Origin: Nemertoderma westbladi
Lineage: Eukaryota; Animalia; Xenacoelomorpha
DNA length: 64,000 bases
Assembly: GCA_032718475.1 (NCBI GenBank)
Contig: JAUCBJ010009143.1
Span: 239,586 to 303,585, forward strand
Reading direction: 5' to 3'
The translations under genes and the position numbers were made by a program. The notes beneath the pieces were generated by a model. It did not search any database and was not told the origin of the DNA. It worked only from the letters and a program-made list of their open reading frames with translations. Of this stretch, positions 30,001 to 42,100 are shown piece by piece. Each line of letters begins with the position of its first letter. The first letter of the stretch is position 1.

Positions 30001-33000
30001 GGCCAGCAGCACTCCAGATTAATTTATCTTCTACTTCAACTGGGCCACCAGATCTCCCTATTAATCTACATTCTACTTCCGCACACTCGAAGCCTCACCA
30101 CCTGGCCAGCAGCACTCCAGATTAATTTATCTTCTACTTCAACTGGGCCACCAGATCTCCCTATTAATCTACCTTCTACTTCCGCACCCTCGAAGCCTCA
30201 CCACCTGGCCAGCAGCACTCCAGATTAATTTATCTTCTACTTTAACTGGGCCACCAGATCTCCCGATTAATCCAACTTCTACTTCCGCACACTCGAAGCC
30301 TCACCACATGGCCAGCAGCACTCCAGATTAATTTATCTTCTACTTCAACTGGGCCACCAGATCTCCCTATTAATCAACCTTCTACTTCCGCACACTCGAA
30401 GCCTCACCACCTGGCCAGCAGCACTGCAGATTAATTTATCTTCTACTTCAACTGGGCCATCAGATCTCCCTATTAATCTACCTTCTACTTCCGCACACTC
30501 GAAGCCTCACCACCTGGCCAGCAGCACTCCAGATAAATTTATCTTCTACTTCAACTGGGCCACCAGATCTCCCTATTAATCTACCTTCTACTTCCGCACA
30601 CTCGAAGCCTCACCACCTGGCCAGCAGCACTCCAGATTAATTTATCTTCTACTTCAACTGGGCCACCAGATCTCCCTATTAATCAACCTTCTACTTCCGC
30701 ACACTCGAAGCCTCACCACCTGGCCAGCAGCACTGCAGATTAATTTATCTTCTACTTAAACTGGGCCACCAGATCTCCCTATTAATCTACCTTCTACTTC
30801 CGCACACTCGAAGCCTCACCACCTGGCCAGCAGCACTCCAGATTAATTTATCTTCTACTTCAACTGGGCCACCAGATCTCCCTATTAATCTACCTTCTAC
30901 TTCCGCACACTCGAAGCCTCACCACCTGGCCAGCAGCACTCCAGATTAATTTATCTTCTACTTCAACTGGGCCACCAGATCTCCCTATTAATCTACCTTC
31001 TACTTCCGCACACTCGAAGCCTCACCACCTGGCCAGCGGCACTCCAGATTAATTTATATTTTACTTCAACTGGGCCACCAGATCTCCCTATTAATTTACC
31101 TTCTACTTCCGCACACTCGAAGCCTCACCACCTGGCCAGCAGCACTCCAGATTAATTTATCTTCTACTTCAACTGGGCCACCAGATCTCCCTATTAATCT
31201 ACCTTCTACTTCGGCCCACTCGAAGCCTCACTACCTGGCCAGCAGCACTCCAGATTAATTTATCTTCTACTTCAACTGGGCCACCAGATCTCAATATTAT
31301 TCTACATTCTACTTCCGCACACTCGAATCCTCACCACCTGGCCAGCGGCACTCCAGATTAATTTATATTTTACTTCAACTGGGCCACCAGATCTCCCGAT
31401 TAATCCAACTTCTACTTCCCCACACTCGAAGCCTCACCACCTGGCCAGCAGCACTCCAGATTAATTTATCTTCTACTTCAACTGGGCCACAATATCTCCC
31501 TATTAATCTACCTTCTACTTCCGCACACTCGAAGCCTCACCACCTGGCCAGCAGCACTCCAGAATAATTTATCTTCTACTTCAACTGGGCCACCAGATCT
31601 CCCTATTAATCTACCTTCTACTTCCTCACACTCGAAGCCTCACCACCTGGCCAGCAGCACTCCAGATTAATTTATCTTCTACTTCAACTGGGCCACCAGA
31701 TCTCCCTATTAATCTACCTTCTACTTCCGCACCCTCGAAGCCTCACCACCTGGCCAGCAGCACTCCAGATTAATTTATCTTCTACTTCAACTGGGCCACC
31801 AGATCTCCCTATTAATCTACCTTCTACTTCGGCACACTCGAAGCCTCACCACATGGCCAGCAGCACTCCAGATTAATTTATCTTCTACTTCAACTGGGCC
31901 ACCAGATCTCCCTATTAATCTACCTTCTACTTCCGCACCCTCGAAGCCTCACCACCTGGCCAGCAGCACTCCAGATTAATTTATCTTCTACTTCAACTGG
32001 GCCACCAGATCTCCCGATTAATCTAACTTCTACTTCCGCACACTCGAAGCCTCACCACCTGGCCAGCAGCACTCCAGATTAATTTATCTTCTACTTCAAC
32101 TGGGCCACCAGATCTCCCTATTAATCTACCTTCTACTTCCGCACCCTCGAAGCCTCACCACCTGGCCAGCAGCACTCCAGATTAATTTATCTTCTACTTC
32201 AACTGGGCCACCAGATCTACCTATTAATCTACCTTCTACTTCGGCACACTCGAAGCCTCACCACCTGGCCAGCAGCACTCCAGATTCATTTATCTTCTAC
32301 TTCAACTGGGCCACCAGATCTCCCTATTAATCTACCTTCTACTTCCGCACCCTCGAAGCCTCACCACCTGGCCAGCAGCACTCCAGATTAATTTATCTTT
32401 TACTTCAACTGGGCCACCAGATCTCCCGATTAATCCAACTTCTACTTCCGCACACTCGAAGCCTCACCACCTGGCCAGCAGCACTCCAGATTAATTTATC
32501 TTCTACTTCAACTGGGCCACCAGATCTCCCGATTAATCCAACTTCTACTTCCGCACACTCGAAGCCTCACCACCTGGCCAGCAGCACTCCAGATTAATTT
32601 ATCTTCTACTTCAACTGGGCCACCAGATCTCCCTATTAATCTACCTTCTACTTCCGCACACTCGAAGCCTCACCACCTGGCCAGCAGCACTCCAGATTAA
32701 TTTATCTTCTACTTCAACTGGGCCACCATATCTCCCTATTAATCTACCTTCTACTTCCGCACCCTCGAAGCCTCACCACCTGGCCAGCAGCACTCCAGAT
32801 TAATTTATCTTCTACTTCAACTGGGCCACCAGATCTCCCGATTAATCCAACTTCTACTTCCGCACACTCGAAGCCTCACCACCTGGCCAGCAGCACTCCA
32901 GATTAATTTATCTTCTACTTCAACTGGGCCACCAGATCTCCCTATTAATCTACCTTCTACTTCGGCACACTCGAAGCCTCACCACCTGGCCAGCAGCACT

Positions 33001-36000
33001 CCAGATTAATTTATCTTCTACTTCAACTGGGCCACCAGATCTCCCTATTAATCTACCTTCTACTTCCGCACACTCGAAGCCTCACCACCTGGCCAGCAGC
33101 ACTCCAGATTAATTTATCTTCTACTTCAACTGGGCCACCAGATCTCCCTATTAATCTACCTTCTACTTCGGCACACTCGAAGCCTCACCACCTGGCCAGC
33201 AGCACTCCAGATTAATTTATCTTCTACTTCAACTGGGCCACCAGATCTCAATATTATTCTACCTTCTACTTCCGCACACTCGAAGCCTCACCACCTGGCC
33301 AGCAGCACTCCAGATTAATTTATCTTCTACTTCAACTGGGCCACCAGATCTCCCTATTAATCTACCTTCTACTTCCGCACACTCGAAGCCTCACCACCTG
33401 GCCAGCAGCACTCCAGATTAATTTATCTTCTACTTCAACTGGGCCACCAGATCTTCCTATTATTCTACCTTCTACTTCCGCACACTCGAAGCCTCACCAC
33501 CTGGCCAGCGGCACTCCAGATTAATTTATCTTCTACTTCAACTGGGCCACCAGATCTCCCTATTAATCTACCTTCTACTTCCGCACACTCGAAGCCTCAC
33601 CACCTGGCCAGCAGCACTCCAGATTAATTTATCTTCTACTTCAACTGGGCCACCAGATCTCAATATTATTCTACCTTCTACTTCCGCACACTCGAAGCCT
33701 CACCACCTGGCCAGCGGCACTCCAGATTAATTTATCTTTTACTTCAACTGGGCCACCAGATCTCCCTATTAATCTACCTTCTACTTCCGCACACTCGAAG
33801 CCTCACCACCTGGCCAGCAGCACTCCAGATTAATTTATCTTCTACTTCAACTGGGCCACCGGATCTTCCTATTAATCTACCTTCTACTTCCTCGAAGCCT
33901 CACCAGCTGGCCAGCAGCACTCTAGATTAATTTATCTTCTACTTCAACTGGGCCACCAGATCTCCCTATTAATCTACCTTCTACTTCCGCACACTCGAAG
34001 CCTCACCACCTGGCCAGCAGCACTCCAGATTAATTTATCTTCTACTTCAACTGGGCCACCAGATCTCCCTATTAATCTACCTTCTACTTCCGCACACTCG
34101 AAGCCTCACCACCTGGCCAGCAGCACTCCAGATTAATTTATCTTCTACTTCAACTGGGCCACCAGATCTCCCTATTAATCTACCTTCTACTTCCGCACAC
34201 TCGAAGCCTCACCACCTGGCCAGCAGCACTCCAGATTAATTTATCTTCTACTTCAACTGGGCCACCAGATCTCCCTATTAATCTACCTTCTACTTCCGCA
34301 CACTCGAAGCCTCACCACCTGGCCAGCAGCACTCCAGATTAATTTATCTTCTACTTCAACTGGGCCACCAGATCTCCCTATTAATCTACCTTCTACTTCG
34401 GCCCACTCGAAGCCTCACTACCTGGCCAGCAGCACTCCAGATTAATTTATCTTCTACTTCAACTGGGCCACCAGATCTCAATATTATTCTACATTCTACT
34501 TCCGCACACTCGAATCCTCACCACCTGGCCAGCGGCACTCCAGATTAATTTATATTTTACTTCAACTGGGCCACCAGATCTCCCGATTAATCCAACTTCT
34601 ACTTCCGCACACTCGAAGCCTCACCACATGGCCAGCAGCACTCCAGATTAATTTATCTTCTACTTCAACTGGGCCACAATATCTCCCTATTAATCTACCT
34701 TCTACTTCCGCACACTCGAAGCCTCACCACCTGGCCAGCAGCACTCCAGATTAATTTATCTTCTACTTCAACTGGGCCACCAGATCTCCCTATTAATCTA
34801 CCTTCTACTTCCTCACACTCGAAGCCTCACCACCTGGCCAGCAGCACTCCAGATTAATTTATCTTCTACTTCAACTGGGCCACCAGATCTCCCTATTAAT
34901 CTACCTTCTACTTCCGCACCCTCGAAGCCTCACCACCTGGCCAGCAGCACTCCAGATTAATTTATCTTCTACTTCAACTGGGCCACCAGATCTCCCTATT
35001 AATCTACCTTCTACTTCCGCACACTCGAAGCCTCACCACCTGGCCAGCATCACTCCAGATTAATTTATCTTCTACTTCAACTGGGCCACCAGATCTCCCG
35101 ATTAATCCAACTTCTACTTCCGCACACTCGAAGCCTCACCACATGGCCAGCAGCACTCCAGATTAGTTTATCTTCTACTTCAACTGGGCCACCAGATCTC
35201 CCGATTAATCCAACTTCTACTTCCGCACACTCGAAGCCTCACCACCTGGCCAGCAGCACTCCAGATTAATTTATCTTCTACTTCAACTGGGCCACCAGAT
35301 CTCCCGATTAATCCAACTTCTACTTCCGCACACTCGAAGCCTCACCACCTGGCCAGCAGCACTCCAGATTAATTTATCTTCTACTTCAACTGGGCCACCA
35401 GATCTCCCTATTAATCTACCTTCTACTTCCGCACACTCGAAGCCTCACCACCTGGCCAGCAGCACTCCAGATTAATTTATCTTCTACTTCAACTGGGCCA
35501 CCAGATCTCCCTATTAATCTACCTTCTACTTCGGTACACTCGAAGCCTCACTACCTGGCCAGCAGCACTCCAGATTAATTTATCTTCTACTTCAACTGGG
35601 CCACCAGATCTCCCTATTAATCTACCTTCTACTTCGGCACACTCGAAGCCTCACTACCTGGCCAGCAGCACTCCAGATTAATTTATCTTCTACTTCAACT
35701 GGGCCACCAGATCTCCCTATTAATCTACCTTCTACTTCCGCACACTCGAAACCTCACCACCTGGCCAGCAGCACTCCAGATTAATTTATCTTCTACTTCA
35801 ACTGGGCCACCAGATCTCCCTATTAATCTACCTTCTACTTCCGCACCCTCGAAGCCTTACCACCTGGCCAGCAGCACTCCAGATTAATTTATCTTCTACT
35901 TCAACTGGGCCACCAGATCTCCCGATTAATCCAACTTCTACTTCCGCACACTCGAAGCCCCACCACCTGGCCAGCAGCACTCCAGATTAATTTATCTTCT

Positions 36001-37382
36001 ACTTCAACTGGGCCACCAGATCTCCCTATTAATCTACCTTCTACTTCGGCACACTCGAAGCCTCACCACCTGGCCAGCAGCACTCCAGATTAATTTATCT
36101 TCTACTTCAACTGGGCCACCAGATCTCCCTATTAATCTACCTTCTACTTCCGCACACTCGAAGCCTCACCACCTGGCCAGCAGCACTCCAGATTAATTTA
36201 TCTTCTACTTCAACTGGGCCACCAGATCTCCCTATTAATCTACCTTCTACTTCGGCACACTCGAAGCCTCACCACCTGGCCAGCAGCACTCCAGATTAAT
36301 TTATCTTCTACTTCAACTGGGCCACCAGATCTCAATATTATTCTACCTTCTACTTCCGCACACTCGAAGCCTCACCACCTGGCCAGCGGCACTCCAGATT
36401 AATTTATCTTTTACTTCAACTGGGCCACCAGATCTCCCTATTAATCTACCTTCTACTTCCGCACACTCGAAGCCTCACCACCTGGCCAGCAGCACTCCAG
36501 ATTAATTTATCTTCTACTTCAACTGGGCCACCAGATCTTCCTATTAATCTACCTTCTGCTTCCTCGAAGCCTCACCACCTGGCCAGCAGCACTCTAGATT
36601 AATTTATCTTCTACTTCAACTGGGCCACCAGATCTCCCTATTAATCTACCTTCTACTTCCACACACTCGAAGCCTCACCACCTGGCCAGCAGCACTCCAG
36701 ATTAATTTATCTTCTACTTCAACTGGGCCACCAGATCTCCCTATTAATCTACCTTCTACTTCCGCACACTCGAAGCCTCACCACCTGGCCAGCAGCACTC
36801 CAGATTAATTTATCTTCTACTTCAACTGGGCCACCAGATCTCCCTATTAATCTACCTTCTACTTCCGCACACTCGAAGCCTCACCACCTGGCCAGCAGCA
36901 CTCCAGATTAATTTATCTTCTACTTCAACTGGGCCACCAGATCTCCCTATTAATCTAACTTCTACTTCCGCACACTCGAAGCCTCACCACCTGGCCAGCA
37001 GCACTCCAGATTAATTTATCTTCTACTTCAACTGGGCCACCAGATCTCCCTATTAATCTACCTTCTACTTCCGCACACTCGAAGCCTCATCACCTGGCCA
37101 GCAGCACTCCAGATTAATTTATCTTTTACTTCAACTGGGCCACCAGATCTCCCTATTAATCTACCTTCTACTTCCGCACACTCGAAGCCTCACCACATGG
37201 CCAGCAGCACTCCAGATTAATTTATCTTTTACTTCAACTGGGCCACCAGATCTCCCTATTAATCTACCTTCTACTTCCGCACACTCGAAGCCTCACCCCC
37301 TGGCCAGCAGCACTCCAGATTAATTTATCTTCTACTTCAACTGGGCCACCAGATCTCCCTATTAATCCACCTTTTACTTCCA
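1..37382. repeat. Satellite DNA array, 103-bp monomer, about 360 head-to-tail copies, open at the left edge
   Basis: Monomer ccttctacttccgcacactcgaagcctcaccacctggccagcagcactccagattaatttatcttctacttcaactgggccaccagatctccctattaatcta starts at 1, 104 and so on (1031 = 1 + 10x103). It ends abruptly at ...attaatccaccttttacttcca near 37,382. No TE insertion or strand switch was seen inside the array. Confidence 0.99.
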
Positions 37383-37762
37383 CCTCTTTTTATACAATCA
37401 TTTTATCTGAGTCCATTTCATTAATTTATATTCTAATTATTATATTATTCCATAATTAAACCGAAACAAAAAAACCTCGATGGCGCTCGGTAAATAAAAT
37501 GCCTCGAGAATAATGAAAAGGTCTACTTTTTTCCCATGAAATAAATAATTATAATTTATTTTTTTCACCCGAAAAAAAGTAAAATCAATGCAATCCTGTG
37601 TTCCTTTTTTCACTAGGGAAAAAAAGTACTCCTTTGTGGACAATTACAGAGATATTTTAACGAAAACAAAATATTTTACAAAAACAAAGTATTTTTTGTC
37701 CTCCGTTTAATCTGAGTTTCCTAGAAATAGTTAAAGCATTTTTTCCTCGGCATCGAAAAATA

Positions 37763-38927
37763 GGATGTAGGACAATTCGGTCCCGGACAATTCGGTCCCG
37801 GACAATTCGGTCCGGACAATTCGGTCCCGGACAATTCGGTCCCGGACAATTCGGTCCCAAAACACTAAATAAATGGGACCGAATTGTCCGGGACCGAATT
37901 GTCCGGGACCGAATTGTCCTAGGACCGAATTGTCCTAGGACCGAATTGTCCGGGACCGAATTGTCCGGGACCGAATTGTCCGGGACCGAATTGTCCGGGA
38001 CCGAATTGTCCGGTTCCTGATAAGCAACTTTTTAGTGCTTTTTTGATATTGGTGAATGTTCTAGAACATTAGTAGAGATATTTGTTATGGTAGCTAGTGT
38101 GATTTACTTGCTAGAATTTTTTGAAATTTTAAAAATACTGTATTTTTTTTATTTTTGTTATTGGTAGTGTTCGAGAACATTATTATATATTATTTATTAA
38201 GGTGTAGCTAATGTTTTTTTTTACTAGCTAGCATTTCCTTGAAATTATAAAAACACTTGTGAAAACATTGATATTTCAGAATTAGGCCTAAACTGTTGCT
38301 GATTATATTAATTACCAACAATATTGATGATATTATAACAGTCCCTGAATGAGATCCAGCTATTATCTAGGATAATAGTTTAGGCTTGTTAACCAACCAA
38401 CAACACATACAGTATACTTACGCAGTATATAAAAAAATTCAGCTTTAAACATTTTAAATACATACTATTACTAGCTAGTAAATAATTCACAAGCTCCATA
38501 AAAACACCATAGCTACCATAAATAATAATGTTAACAAAAAAAAGTAAATTTTTTTTATTTAAAAAAAAAATACTAGCTAGTAAAAAAAACACTAGCTACC
38601 ATATAATAATATATATTAAGGTTCTAGAACATTCACCATTATATAGTACCAATTAAATTTGGTCCCGGACAATTCGGTCCTGGACAATTCGGTCCCGGAC
38701 AATTCGGTCCCGGACAATTCGGTCCCGGACAATTCGGTCCCATTAATAAGCATGTTTTGGGACCGAATTGTCCTAGTCAGTATCCGGACAATTCGGTCCC
38801 GGACAATTCGGTCCCGGACAATTCGGTCCTAAAACACAAAATTAATGGGACCGAATTGTCCGGGACCGAATTGTCCGGACCGAATTGTCCGGGACCGAAT
38901 TGTCCGGGACCAAATTGTCCTGCTTCC
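37763..38927. mobile_element. Non-autonomous Mutator (MULE)/foldback-like DNA transposon with minisatellite-built terminal inverted repeats
   Basis: Left end GGATGTAGGACAATTCGGTCCC; the right end reverse-complements to GGAAGCAGGACAATTTGGTCCC. The identical 9-mer CGAAAAATA flanks both ends (37754-37762 and 38928-38936). Arms are arrays of the 15-mer GGACAATTCGGTCCC. A 9-bp TSD with long G-initiated TIRs is typical of MULE/foldback elements. No transposase ORF. Confidence 0.85.
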
Positions 38928-39153
38928 CGAAAAATAAGAGAGCAAAAAAAGATTTTACTATTCCTCGAAAATGAGGATTTAAAAGCCGGAGAAAATTTAT
39001 ATTTACCCTGGATGGTGGTGTATCTTATTGTAAAAAAAAATAGAGTCTGAGAAAAAACACAACATATTAGCACCAGGTCAACATGAAATAACTATAATTT
39101 CAATGTTATAATTTCCAAATTATTTGTATAAGTAAACAAACCAAATTTGCGCT

Positions 39154-42100
39154 ATGGTGCGGGCGTGTTACGTCGTCGCTATATTTTCAATATCTCGGAT
39201 GATTGTAACATTTCAATCTGAACTCGATTTCGACAACAAAGAAACCCAATGCGACCAATATGATATAATTTCAAAAACATGCTACATTAAATCAGAGTTG
39301 GGTTCAATAGTTAATCTGAAAATTAAGATTTCTGAAGGAGTTGAATTGCATAAACTTCATTGGTTTAGACTCATCAGCGTTCGAGGTCGAAAAGTTCAGA
39401 AAAAAGTTGACATTTTGGATCAAAAACACCGAGCCAGACCGAACATAAAGATATCGCCTGGGAAAGAAGAGTTAACTATCGCGCCGTTGATGGACTTAGA
39501 CATGTCGGACAATGGGTGGCAGGTTGAAGTTGGTAGACCTACAGCAGTCCATCAAGATGCCCTTCGATTCTATATAACCCATCCGATTTTGGTTGCCAAG
39601 ACGATGCCGGAAAGATCGGGTTTCTCGATAAACTTGAAGCAATACGTCGTACTTCCGAGAGCCTACTCGCATATATTGTGGTCGATAGAAGGAATGGCCG
39701 GTCCGTTGCCAGATAGCGTTATTCCTCTTGGGACAATACTGAGGATCACCGATGTCGATTTTAGTAAAGTCTTAATCTGTAAAATCTTCGATGAAAATGA
39801 CCTTTTACTGATAAAGCGACGGTTTGGAATCGCCCGAGACGTGTCGGTGTACAGAGGGGCGACTGTAATCCCCAGCGTTATCCCGCTACCGTTAGGGGGA
39901 TCAACTCGTCTTACAGTGGCCGTTACAGGAAGAGATTCGCCCAAAGATATCAGTTGGTACTTCAGTCGACGTGGTGGGCTGCACAGTGGATCCCCTCGAT
40001 CCGGGATCATTAAGGTCCTGGATGACGTTGCCCGAGATGATCAGCACGTCAACCAACTGGCCATCCTCGATATTAAAGGAATTACCTCCAAAGACTATGG
40101 TACATATGTATGTATGGTTGATATTGGTTCTGGGGCTCCATTGGAAGTCTCTTTCAAGGTCATCCGTCCAGTTCTAACTACTAATTTTGAAAAGTTGACA
40201 CATTTATGGATGTTTAATGGAGGCGCCCATTCCCAGCAAGGGGTTCTATTTGTAGCCGACGCGAAATTTCCTAAGGTTAAACTTTCTGTGTCCACAGTTG
40301 GAAAGTGTTTCAAGACGGTGACCGGCGTAGATGGAAAGGGATTGTCTCTAAATGCGAAATCGAAATGTCACACATACATTGAATTGCTTCGTAGCACTAA
40401 AGATAAAGAATGCTTATTGCAACCGTTGTTCTGTAAACGAGGTATAAGTTTATCAATTTGGGTATATATTATAGACGCTATTAGTGAGCCAACCTTTGTG
40501 CTATTTTGCTCCTATCCAACCGGACTTTGCGCAATTTGTTCTAGAACATCAGTCGCATTGGCAAGTTGCAGCTTTACCATAACAGTCTCGGATATAATTC
40601 ATACAGTTAAAACTGAGTTACAATACAAAACATGGTTGAATGTAGTAGTCACTTGGAAATTGAACACGCTGCTTGCTGTGTATGTTAATGGAGAAATAAA
40701 AGGTCAAGCTGAGGGAACCCTACGTTCAACCGATGGAAACGGTAAACATGCGCTGGGGTTTTATGTTGCCAAAGATGTTGTTGGAAAAAGATCTAATGTT
40801 CAGTTACTGGTTGATGACGTCATGGTTTGGTATGATCACGTGCTGACAGCGAGTGTTGTGGCTCATTTGTACTCTTCGGTGCGGGGCGTACCAATGGTCC
40901 GGAAACCAACAGTGAGTTACACAGTCAAAGGAATGCTTGGCCAATCAGTGACATTGGAATGCCCCTTCCACATACCGATAATATGGCGCCATTTTCTGAG
41001 ATGGTACAGAAATGAATTTTCAGATATTTCAGAATTTCAAGGTGTTGAGACCATTCAGGTTGCCACTGATCCTCCTGGCACTTACACATGTGCGTTCTGG
41101 AATGGCAGTTATGTAGTTAGATCCGGTGAGTTTAATATTGACATCAAGAACAAACCAGAGTTAATGAGAAGGCTTATTGATGGAAGTGGGGTTGATGGAG
41201 ATGATATTATTGTGAAAATCTATGAAATGGATAGTCGAAGTATGGGTTCGTCAATATATAAAGATCAGTTAATAACAGATGTTAGTGGCAATGTACTCCA
41301 ATGCGATGTACTAAGCGAACACGTAGTTTGTCCTCTAGACTCAGTTTGTAACCGTAACGGACAATGCCAATGTCTAACTGGGTATACACCAGCATCAAAA
41401 CTTACCAAAGAACTGTTAGTTAATGATATCGTTACATGTGTGAAATCAATTATTTTAGAAGGACGCAAAATAGACAGTAGTGTATTTGCCGACCATCCAA
41501 TACATCAATGGCCAGATACACCAACTATCAAAGGAAATTATCATTCATATTCAGTATATCGCTACATAAAAGATAAATATAGTAATATTTCACATTCTGA
41601 TGTGTCACTGGTACTGGTGGGGGATTCTGCGAAGATTGAGTGTATTCCGGGGAGCGTTGCACCATTACGCCAACCAGACACCATTACTCCAACCTACACT
41701 TGGATTGATCCTTCGGGGATTCTAGTTGAGTTGGAGAATAGGAAAGTAGATGCCAAAGGAAATCTTGTTATTATCAGTATGGGAATATCCGATTCAGGTG
41801 TATACACATGCATCACGCAACAAGCTACAGATTCTACTGCGTTGGTTCAAAGTGAAAGGTACTACCTTCGAGCGGTGGTCGCTGAGATCACACCAGATTT
41901 AAGCTATCACATCCGGTTGTCATACAGAATCAATAAATGCAGTAGTGCCTCGGATTTAGATGGTCTGTCACAAACGCTTTCCAGCATTCTCTCCGAAATG
42001 GCATGCGGAAGTGCATATTGCTATATTCTACATATGACTGGTTTCTGTGAAATAAAAAAAGAACTAGTAACTTTTTTGTTTTGGATTTACATCGAACACG

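Noticed and set aside
1-37382. CRISPR array or hammerhead-ribozyme satellite
   Set aside because: There are no unique spacers; whole monomers repeat. No CUGAUGA/GAAA hammerhead core was found on either strand of the consensus monomer.
37657-39073. ORFs with GPNCP / DNSVP / GTELS repeats
   Set aside because: These are translations of the 15-bp transposon-arm repeats.
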